Part shown: positions 1 through 11,500 of the stretch, one piece after another | Layout of the letters: every line of letters starts with the position of its first letter | How positions within the stretch are numbered: the stretch's first letter is position 1 | NCBI GenBank assembly: GCA_043228905.1 | Contig: JBHGNT010000196.1 | Span: 1-55,251 of the forward strand | DNA from: Azolla caroliniana | Lineage: Eukaryota > Plantae > Polypodiophyta | Length of the DNA stretch: 55,251 bases | Reading direction: 5' to 3' | The notes under the pieces: generated by a model | What the model was told of the DNA's origin: nothing | Database searches by the model: none | The model's input: only the letters and a program-made list of their open reading frames with translations | Translations under genes and position numbers: made by a program

Positions 1-2905
1 CCTAAACCCTAAACCCTAAACCCTAAACCCTAAACCCGTAAACCCTAAACCCCCTAAACCCTAAACCCTAAACCCTAAACCCTAAAACCCTAAACCCTAA
101 ACCCTAAACCCTAAACCCTAACCCTAAACCCTAAACCCTAAACCCTAAACCCTAAACCCTAAACCCTAAACCCTAAACCCTAAACCCTAAACCCTAAACC
201 CTAAACCCCTAAACCCTAAACCCTAAACCCTAAACCCTAAACCCTAAACCCTAAACCCTAAACCCCTAAACCCTAAACCCTAAACCCTAAACCCTAAACC
301 CTAAACCCTAAACCCTAAACCCTAAACCCTAAACCCTAAACCCTAAACCCTAAACCCTAAACCCTAAACCCTAAACCCTAAACCCTAAACCCTAAACCCT
401 AAACCCTAAACCCTAAACCCTAAACCCTAAACCCTAAACCCTAAACCCTAAACCCTAAACCCTAAACCCTAAACCCTAAACCCTAAACCCTAAACCCTAA
501 ACCCTAAACCCTAAACCCTAAACCCTAAACCCTAAACCCTAAACCCTAAACCCTAAACCCTAAACCCTAAACCCTAAACCCTAAACCCTAAACCCTAAAC
601 CCTAAACCCTAAACCCTAAACCCTAAACCCTAAACCCTAAACCCTAAACCCTAAACCCTAAACCCTAAACCCTAAACCCTAAACCCTAAACCCTAAACCC
701 TAAACCCTAAACCCTAAACCCTAAACCCTAAACCCTAAACCCTAAACCCTAAACCCTAAACCCTAAACCCTAAACCCTAAACCCTAAACCCTAAACCCTA
801 AACCCTAAACCCTAAACCCTAAACCCTAAACCCTAAACCCTAAACCCTAAACCCTAAACCCTAAACCCTAAACCCTAAACCCTAAACCCTAAACCCTAAA
901 CCCTAAACCCTAAACCCTAAACCCTAAACCCTAAACCCTAAACCCTAAACCCTAAACCCTAAACCCTAAACCCTAAACCCTAAACCCTAAACCCTAAACC
1001 CTAAACCCTAAACCCTAAACCCTAAACCCTAAACCCTAAACCCTAAACCCTAAACCCTAAACCCTAAACCCTAAACCCTAAACCCTAAACCCTAAACCCT
1101 AAACCCTAAACCCTAAACCCTAAACCCTAAACCCTAAACCCTAAACCCTAAACCCTAAACCCTAAACCCTAAACCCTAAACCCTAAACCCTAAACCCTAA
1201 ACCCTAAACCCTAAACCCTAAACCCTAAACCCTAAACCCTAAACCCTAAACCCTAAACCCTAAACCCTAAACCCTAAACCCTAAACCCTAAACCCTAAAC
1301 CCTAAACCCTAAACCCTAAACCCTAAACCCTAAACCCTAAACCCTAAACCCTAAACCCTAAACCCTAAACCCTAAACCCTAAACCCTAAACCCTAAACCC
1401 TAAACCCTAAACCCTAAACCCTAAACCCTAAACCCTAAACCCTAAACCCTAAACCCTAAACCCTAAACCCTAAACCCTAAACCCTAAACCCTAAACCCTA
1501 AACCCTAAACCCTAAACCCTAAACCCTAAACCCTAAACCCTAAACCCTAAACCCTAAACCCTAAACCCTAAACCCTAAACCCTAAACCCTAAACCCTAAA
1601 CCCTAAACCCTAAACCCTAAACCCTAAACCCTAAACCCTAAACCCTAAACCCTAAACCCTAAACCCTAAACCCTAAACCCTAAACCCTAAACCCTAAACC
1701 CTAAACCCTAAACCCTAAACCCTAAACCCTAAACCCTAAACCCTAAACCCTAAACCCTAAACCCTAAACCCTAAACCCTAAACCCTAAACCCTAAACCCT
1801 AAACCCTAAACCCTAAACCCTAAACCCTAAACCCTAAACCCTAAACCCTAAACCCTAAACCCTAAACCCTAAACCCTAAACCCTAAACCCTAAACCCTAA
1901 ACCCTAAACCCTAAACCCTAAACCCTAAACCCTAAACCCTAAACCCTAAACCCTAAACCCTAAACCCTAAACCCTAAACCCTAAACCCTAAACCCTAAAC
2001 CCTAAACCCTAAACCCTAAACCCTAAACCCTAAACCCTAAACCCTAAACCCTAAACCCTAAACCCTAAACCCTAAACCCTAAACCCTAAACCCTAAACCC
2101 TAAACCCTAAACCCTAAACCCTAAACCCTAAACCCTAAACCCTAAACCCTAAACCCTAAACCCTAAACCCTAAACCCTAAACCCTAAACCCTAAACCCTA
2201 AACCCTAAACCCTAAACCCTAAACCCTAAACCCTAAACCCTAAACCCTAAACCCTAAACCCTAAACCCTAAACCCTAAACCCTAAACCCTAAACCCTAAA
2301 CCCTAAACCCTAAACCCTAAACCCTAAACCCTAAACCCTAAACCCTAAACCCTAAACCCTAAACCCTAAACCCTAAACCCTAAACCCTAAACCCTAAACC
2401 CTAAACCCTAAACCCTAAACCCTAAACCCTAAACCCTAAACCCTAAACCCTAAACCCTAAACCCTAAACCCTAAACCCTAAACCCTAAACCCTAAACCCT
2501 AAACCCTAAACCCTAAACCCTAAACCCTAAACCCTAAACCCTAAACCCTAAACCCTAAACCCTAAACCCTAAACCCTAAACCCTAAACCCTAAACCCTAA
2601 ACCCTAAACCCTAAACCCTAAACCCTAAACCCTAAACCCTAAACCCTAAACCCTAAACCCTAAACCCTAAACCCTAAACCCTAAACCCTAAACCCTAAAC
2701 CCTAAACCCTAAACCCTAAACCCTAAACCCTAAACCCTAAACCCTAAACCCTAAACCCTAAACCCTAAACCCTAAACCCTAAACCCTAAACCCTAAACCC
2801 TAAACCCTAAACCCTAAACCCTAAACCCTAAACCCTAAACCCTAAACCCTAAACCCTAAACCCTAAACCCTAAACCCTAAACCCTAAACCCTAAACCCTA
2901 AACCC
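1..2905 (-). repeat. Plant-type telomeric repeat array (TTTAGGG)n, read as (CCCTAAA)n on + strand; left chromosome end
   Basis: Continuous CCCTAAA heptamers, about 414 units. The 420-bp line pattern recurs unchanged from 301 to 2880, so the array is perfect from about 270 to 2905. C-rich strand at the 5' start of the sequence is the expected orientation for a true terminus. Confidence 0.99.
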
Positions 2906-3779
2906 GCATGTTTGAACACAAAAATCCGATATCACACGAGCCAGGTATGAACATTATAATTTACCTACTAGCTCTTCTCAACTCCCTCCTGAAATTTGGA
3001 AATTTCGTCATGTCTCTCGACCTGAGTTTCGAAATCTTGATTTTTTAATTCCATATCATAGCTAGCGTTGTTAGCTTCGATTCGCATGTTTGTACACAAA
3101 AATCCGATATCACACTCGCTAGGTATGACCATTTTAATTTACTCAAGGGCTCCTCTCAACTCACTCCTCAAATTTGGTAATTTCGTCATGTCTCTCGACC
3201 CGAGTTTCAAAATCTTGATTTTTTAATTCTATATCATACCTAGCGTTGTTAGCTTCGATTCCAATGTTTGAACACAAAAATCCGATATCACACGAGCCAG
3301 GTATGAACATTGTAATTTACCTAATAGCTCTTCTTAACTCCCTCCTCAAATTTGGTAATTTCTTCATGTCTCTCGACTTGAGTTGCAAAATCTTGATTTT
3401 TTAATTCCATATCATAGCTAGCGTTTTTAGCTTCGATTCGCATGTTTGAACACAAAAATCCGATATCACACGAGCCAGGTATGAACATTATAATTTACCT
3501 ACTAGCTCTTCTCAACTCCCTCCTGAAATTTGGAAATTTCGTCATGTCTCTCGACCTGAGTTTCGAAATCTTGATTTTTTAATTCCATATCATAGCTAGC
3601 GTTGTTAGCTTCGATTCGCATGTTTGTACACAAAAATCCGATATCACACTCGCTAGGTATGACCATTTTAATTTACTCAAGGGCTCCTCTCAACTCACTC
3701 CTCAAATTTGCTAATTTCGTCATGTCTCTCGACCTGAGTTTCAAAATCTTGATTTTTTAATTCCATATCATAGCTAGCG

Positions 3780-5560
3780 TTGTTAGCTTCGATTCGCATG
3801 TTTGAACACAAAAATCCGATATCACACTCGCTAGGTATGACCATTTTAATTTACTCAAGGGCTCCTCTCAACTCACTCCTCAAATTTGCTAATTTCGTCA
3901 TGTCTCTCGACCTGAGTTTCAAAATCTTGATTTTTTAATTCCATATCATTGCTAGCGTTGTTAGCTTCGATTCGCATGTTTGAACACAAAAATACGATAT
4001 AACACGAGCTAGGTATGAATATTTTTATTTACTCAAGGGCTCCTCTCAACTCCCTCGTCAAGGTTGCTAATTTCGTCATGTCTCTCGACCTGAGTTTCAA
4101 AATCTTGATTTTTTAATTCCATATCATAGCTAGCGTTGTTAGCTTCGATTCGCTTGTTTGAACACAAAAATCCGATATCACGCTCGCTAGGTATGACCAT
4201 TTTAATTTACTCAAGGGCTCCTCTCAACTCACTCCTCAAATTTGCTAATTTCTTCATGTCTCTCGACCTGAGTTTCAAAATCTTGATTTTTTAATTCCAT
4301 ATCATAGCTAGCGTTGTTAGCTTCGATTCGCATGTTTGTACACAAAAATCCGATATCACACTCGCTAGGTATGACCATTTTAATTTACTCAAGGGCTCCT
4401 CTCAACTCACTCCTCAAATTTGCTAATTTCGTCATGCCTCTCGAGCTGATTTTCAAAATCTTGATTTTTTAATTCTATATCATAGCTAGCGTTGTTAGCT
4501 TCGATTCCCATGTTTGAACACAAATATCCGATATCACACGAGCCAGGTATGAACATTTTAATTCACTCACGCGCTCTTCCAACGTCACACCTCAAATTTG
4601 GTAATTTCATCATGTCTCTCGACTGGAGTTTCAAAATCTTGATTTTTTAATTCCATATCATAGCTAGCGTTGTTAGCTTCGATTCGCATGTTTGAACACA
4701 AAAATCCGATATCACGCTCGCTAGGTATGACCATTTTAATTTACTCAAGGGCTCCTCTCGACTCACTCCTCAAATTTGCTAATTTCTTCATGTCTCTCGA
4801 CCTGAGTTTCAAAATCTTGATTTTTTAATTCCATATCATAGCTAGCGTTGTTAGCTTCGATTCGCATGTTTGTACACAAAAATCCGATATCACACTCGCT
4901 AGGTATGACCATTTTAATTTACTCAAGGGCTCCTCTCAACTCACTCCTCAAATTTGCTAATTTCGTCATGTCTCTCGACCTGAGTTTCAAAATCTTGATT
5001 TTTTAATTCCATATCATAGCTAGCGTTGTTAGCTTCGATTCGCATGTTTGAACACAAAAATCCGATATCACACGAGCTAGGTATGAACATTTTTCTTTAC
5101 TCAAGGGCTCCTCTCAACTCCCTCGTCAAGGTTGCTAATTTCGTCATGTCTCTCGACCTGAGTTTCAAAATCTTGATTTTTTAATTCCATATCATAGCTA
5201 GCGTTCTTAGCTTCGATTCGCAGGTGTGAACACAAAAATCCGATATCACAGGAACCAGGTATGAACATTGTAATTTACCTACTAGCTCTTCTCAACTCCC
5301 TCCTCAAATTTGGAAATTTCGTCATGTCTCTCGACCTGAGTTTCAAAATCTTGTTTTTTTTATTCCATATCATAGCTAGCGTTGTTAGCTTCGATTCGCA
5401 TGTTTGAACACAAAACTCCGATATCACGCTCGCTAGGTATGACCATTTTAATTTACTCAAGGGCTCCTCTCAACTCCCTCGTCAAGGTTGCTATTTTCGT
5501 CATGTCTCTCGACCTGATTTTCAAAATCTTGATTTTTTAATTCCATATCATAGCTAGCGT
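3780..5560. repeat. Roughly 10-monomer satellite block with a second copy at about 13200-14980
   Basis: Shared rare variants (GTCAAGGTTG at 4057 and 13481, CACAGGAACC, GTTCTTAG, GCTATTTTCG) at offset 9424 = 53 x 178 - 10. The ORF pair 5275/14699 has the same offset. Block edges are approximate. Confidence 0.85.
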
Positions 5561-8500
5561 TCTTAGCTTCGATTCGCATGTTTGAACACAAAAATCCGAT
5601 ATCACACGAGCCAAGTATGAACATTTTAATTCACTCACGCGCTCTTCCACGCGCTTTGGTAATTTCATCATGTCTCTCGACTGGAGTTTCAAAATCTTGA
5701 TTTTGTCATTACATATCACAGCTAGCGTTGTTAGCTTCGATTCGCATGTTTGAACACAAAAATCCGATATCACACGAACCAGGTATGAACATTATAATTT
5801 ACCTACTAGCTCTTCTCAACTCCCTCCTGAAATTTGGAAATTTCGTCATGTCTCTCGACCTGAGTTTGAAAATCTTGATTTTTTAATTCCATATCATAGC
5901 TAGCGTTGTTAGTTTCAATTCGCATGTTTGAACACAAAAATCCGATATCACACGAGCTAGGTATGAATATTTTAATTTACTCAAGGGCCCCTCTCAACTC
6001 CCTCCTCAAATTTAGTAATTTCGTCATGTCTCTTGACCTGAGTTTCAAAATCTTGATTTTTTAATTCCATATCATAGCTAGCGTTGTTAGCTTCGATTCG
6101 CATGTTTGTACACAAAAATCCGATATCACACTCGCTATGTATGACCATTTTAATTTACTCAAGGGCTCCTCTCAACTCACTCCTCAAATTTGCTAATTTC
6201 GTCATGTCTCTTGACCTTAGTTTCAAAATCTTGTTTTTTTTATTCCATATCATAGCTAGCGTTGTTAACTTCGATTCGCATGTTTGAACACAAAAATCCG
6301 ATATCACACGAACCAGGTATGAACATTATAATTTACCTACTAGCTCTTCTCAACTCCCTCCTGAAATTTGGAAATTTCGTCATGTCTCTCGACCTTAGTT
6401 TCAAAATATTGATTTTTTAATTCCATATCATAGCTAGCGTTGTTAGCTTCGATTCGCATGTTTGAACACAAAAATCCGATATCACACGAACCAGGTATAA
6501 ACATTGTAATTTACTCAAGGGCTTCTCTCAACTCACTCCTCAAATTTGCAAATTTCGTCATGTCTCTCGACCTGACTTTCAAAATATTGTTTTTTTAATT
6601 CCATATCATTGCTAGCGTTGTTAGCTTCGATTCGCATGTTTGAACACAAAAATCCGATATCACACGAACCAGGTATGAACATTATAATTTACCTACTAGC
6701 TCTTCTCAACTCCGTCCTGAAATATCGAAATTTCGTCATGTCTCTCGACCTGAGTTTCAAAATCTTCATTTTTTAATTCCATATCATAACTAGCGTTGTT
6801 AGATTCGATTCGCATGTTTGTACACAAAAATCCGATATCACACTCGCTAGGTATCACCATTTTAATTTACTCAAGGGCTCCTCTCAACTCACTCCTCAAA
6901 TTTGCTAATTTCGTCATGTCTCTCGACCTGAGTTTCAAAATCTAGATTTTTTAATTCTATATCATACCTAGCGTTGTTAGCTTCGATTCGCATGTTTGAA
7001 CACAAAAATCCGATATCACACTCGCTAGGTATAACCATTTTAATTTACTCAAGGGCTCCTCTCAACTCACTCCTCAAATTTGCTAATTTCGTCATGTCTC
7101 TCGACCTTAGTTTCAAAATATTGATTTTTTAATTCCATATCATAGCTAGCGTTGTTAGCTTCGATTCGCATGTTTGAACACAAAAATCCGATATCACACG
7201 AACCAGGTATAAACATTGTAATTTACTCAAGGGCTTCTCTCAACTCACTCCTCAAATTTGCTAATTTCGTCATGTCTCTCGACCTGACTTTCAAAATATT
7301 GATTTTTTAATTCCATATCATAGCTAGCGTTGTTAGCTTCGATTCGCATGTTTGAACACAAAAATCCGATATCACACGAGCCAGGTATGAACATTTTAAT
7401 TTACTCAAGGGCTCCTCTCAACTCCCTCCTCAAATTTGGTAATTTCGTCATGTCTCTCGACCTTAGTTTCAAAATCTTGATTTTTTAATTCCATATCATA
7501 GCTAGCGTTGTTAGCTTCGATTCGCATGTTTGTACACAAAAGTGCGATATCACACTCACTAGGTATGAACAATTTAATTTACTCAAGGGCTCCTCTCAAC
7601 TCACTCCTCAAATTTGCTAATTTCGTCATGTCTCTCCACCTGAGTTTAAAAATCATGATTTTTCAATTCCATATCATAGCTAGCGTTGTTAGCTTCGATT
7701 CACATGTTTGTACACAAAAATCCGCTATCACACTCGCTAGGTATGACCATTTTAATTTACTCAAGGGCTCCTCTCAACTCCCTCCTCAAATTTGGTAATT
7801 TCGTCATGTCTCTCGACCTGGGTTTCAAAATCTTGATTTTTTAATTCCATATCATACCTAGCGTTGTTAGCTTCGATTCGCATGTTTGAACACAAAAATC
7901 CGATATCACACTCGCTAGGTATGACCATTTTAAATTATTCAAGGGCTCCTCTCAACTCACTCCTCAAATTTGGTAATTTCGTCATGTCTCTCGACCTGAG
8001 TTTCAAAATCTTGATTTTTTAATTCTATATCATAGCTAGCGTTGTTAGCTTCGATTCCAATGTCTGAACACAAAAATCCAATATCACACGAGCCAGGTAT
8101 GAACATTGAAATTTACCTAATAGCTCTTCTTAACTCCCTCCTCAAATTTGGTAATTTCTTCATGTCTGTCGACCTGAGTTTCAAAATCTTGATTTTTTAA
8201 TTCCATATCATAGCTAGCGTTGTTAGCTTCGATTCGCATGTTTGTACACAAAAATCCGATATCACACTCGCTAGGTATGACCATTTTAATTTACTCAAGG
8301 GCTCCTCTCAACTCACTCCTCAAATTTGCTAATTTCGTCATGTCTCTCGACCTGAGTTTCAAAATCTTGATTTTTTAATTCTATATCATACCTAGCGTTG
8401 TTAGCTTCGATTCCAATGTTTGAACACAAAAATCCGATATCACACTCGCTAGGTATGAACATTTTAATTTACTCAAGGGCCCCTCTCAACTCCCTCCTGA

Positions 8501-11500
8501 AATTTGGTAATTTCGTCATGTCTCTCGACCTGAGTTTCAAAATCTTGATTTTTTAATTCCATATCATAGCTAGCGTTGTTAGCTTAGATTCGCATGTTTG
8601 TACACAAAAATCCGATATCACACTCGCTAGGTATGACCATTTTAATTTACTCAAGGGCTCCTCTCAACTCCCTCCTCAAATTTGGTAATTTCGTCATGTC
8701 TCTCGACCTGACTTTCAAAATATTGCTTTTTTAATTCCATATCATTCCTAGCGTTGTTAGCTTCGATTCGCATGTTTGAACACAAAAATCCGATATCACA
8801 CGAACCAGGTATGAACATTATAATTTACCTACTAGCTCTTCTCAACTCCCTCCTGAAATTTCGAAATTTCGTCATGTCTCTCGACCTGAGTTTCAAAATC
8901 TTGATTTTTTAATTCCATATCATAACTAGCGTTGTTAGCTTCGATTCGCATGTTTGTACACAAAAATCCGATATCACACTCGCTAGGTATGACCATTTTA
9001 ATTTACTCAAGGGCTCCTCTCAACTCACTCCTCAAATTTGCTAATTTCGTCATGTCTCTCGACCTGAGTTTCAAAATCTTGATTTTTTAATTCCATATCA
9101 TAGCTAGCGTTGTTAGCTTCGATTCGCATGTTTGAACACAAAAATCCGATATCACACTCGCTAGGTATAACCATTTTAATTTACTCAAGGGCTCCTCTCA
9201 ACTCACTCCTCAAATTTGCTAATTTCGTCATGTCTCTCGACCTTAGTTTCAAAATATTGATTTCTTAATTCCATATCATAGCTAGCGTTGTTAGCTTCGA
9301 TTCGCATGTTTGAACACAAAAATCCGATATCACACTCGCTAGGTATAACCATTTTAATTTACTCAAGGGCTCCTCTCAACTCACTCCTCAAATTTGCTAA
9401 TTTCGTCATGTCTCTCGACCTTAGTTTCAAAATCTTGATTTTTTAATTCCATATTATAGCGAGCATTGTTAGCTTCGATTCGCATGTTTGAAGACAAAAA
9501 TCCGATATCACACTCGCTAGGTATGACCATTTTAATTTACTCAAGGGCTCCTCTCAACTCCCTCCTCAAATTTGGTAATTTCGTCATGTCTCTCGACCTG
9601 GGTTTCAAAATCTTGATTTTTTAATTCCATATCATAGCTAGCGTTGTTAGCTTCGATTCGCATGTTTGTACACAAAAATCCGATATCACACGAGCCAGGT
9701 ATGAACATTTTAATTTACTCAAGGGCTCCTCTCAACTCACTCCTCAAATTTGCTAATTTCGTCATGTCTCTCGACCTGAGTTTCAAAATCTTTATTTTTT
9801 AATTCCATATCATAGCTAGCGTTGTTAGCTTCGATTCGCATGTTTGAACACAAAAATACGATATCACACGAGCCAGGTATGAACATTTTAATTCACTCAC
9901 ACGCTCTTCCAACCTCACTCCTCAAATTTGGTAATTTCTCCATGTCTCTCGACTTGAGTTGCAAAATCTTGATTTTTTAATTCCATATCATAGCTAGCGT
10001 TGTTAGGTTTGATTCACATGTTTGAACACCAAAATCCGATATCACACTCGCTAGGTATGACCATTTTAATTTACTCAAGGGCTCCTCTCAACTCACTCCT
10101 CAAATTTGCTAATTTCGTCATGACTCTCGACCTGAGTTTCAAAATCTTGATTTTTTAACTCTATATCATAGCTAGCTTTGTTAGCTTTGATTCGCATGTT
10201 TGAACACAAAAATCCGATATCACACGAGCCAGGTATGAACATTTTAATTCACTCACGCGCTCTTCCAACGTCACACCTCAAATTTGGTAATTTCATCATG
10301 TCTCTCGACTGGAGTTTCAAAATCTAGATTTTGTAATTCCATATCATAGCTAGCGTTGTTAGCTTCGATTTGCATGTTTGAACACAAAAATCCGATATCA
10401 CACGAACCAGGTATGAACATTATAATTTACCTACTAGCTCTTCTCAACTCCCTCCTGAAATTTGGAAATTTCGTCATGTCTCTCGACCTGAGTTTCAAAA
10501 TCTTGATTTTTTAATTCCATATCATAGCTAGCGTTGTTAGCTTCGATTCGCATGTTTGAACACAAAAATCCGATATCACACGAGCTAGGTATGAACATTT
10601 TAATTTACTCAAGGGCCCCTCTCAACTCCCTCCTCAAATTTGGTAATTTCTTCATGTCTCTCGACCTGGGTTTCAAAATCTTGATTTTTTAATTCCATAT
10701 CATAGCTAGCGTTGTTAGCTTCGATTCGCATGTTTGTACACAAAAATCCGATATCACACTCGCTATGTATGAACATTGTAATTTACCTAATAGCTCTTCT
10801 TAACTCCCTCCTCAAATTTGGTAATTTCTTCATGTCTCTCGACTTGAGTTGCAAAATCTTGATTTTTTAATTCCATATCATAGCTAGCGTTTTTAGCTTC
10901 GATTCGCATGTTTGAACAAAAAAATCCGATATCACACGAGCCAGGTATGAACATTATAATTTACCTACTAGCTCTTCTGAACTCCCTCCTAAAATTTGGA
11001 AATTTCGTCATGTCTCTCGACCTGAGTTTCGAAATCTTGATTTTTTAATTCCATATCATAGCTAGCGTTGTTAGCTTCGATTCGCATGTTTGTACACAAA
11101 AATCCGATATCACACTCGCTAGGTATGACCATTTTAATTTACTCAAGGGCTCCTCTCAACTCACTCCTCAAATTTGCTAATTTCGTCATGTCTCTCGACC
11201 TGAGTTTCAAAATCTTGATTTTTTAATTCTATATCATACCTAGCGTTGTTAGCTTCGATTCCAATGTTTGAACACAAAAATCTGATATCACACGAGCCAG
11301 GTATGAACATTGTAATTTACCTAATAGCTCTTCTTAACTCCCTCCTCAAATTTGGTAATTTCTTCATGTCTCTCGACCTGGGTTTCAAAATCTTGATTTT
11401 TTAATTTCATATCATAGCTAGCGTTGTTAGCTTCGATTCGCATGTTTGTACACAAAAATCCGATATCACACTCGCTATGTATGACCATTTTAATTTACTC

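Noticed and set aside
2905-3082. Assignment to a named 178-bp satellite such as Arabidopsis CEN178
   Set aside because: Only the length matches. I do not recognise the sequence as any named family, so a database search is required.
3058-3090. TAGCTAGCGTTGTTAGCTTCGATTCG resembling tRNA/SINE A and B boxes
   Set aside because: Imperfect match to GTTCRANNC, spacing too short, and no cloverleaf or 5S rRNA similarity visible.
3115-3118. CTCG versus CGAG alleles as a 4-bp micro-inversion
   Set aside because: No flanking inverted repeat, and two substitutions explain it equally well.
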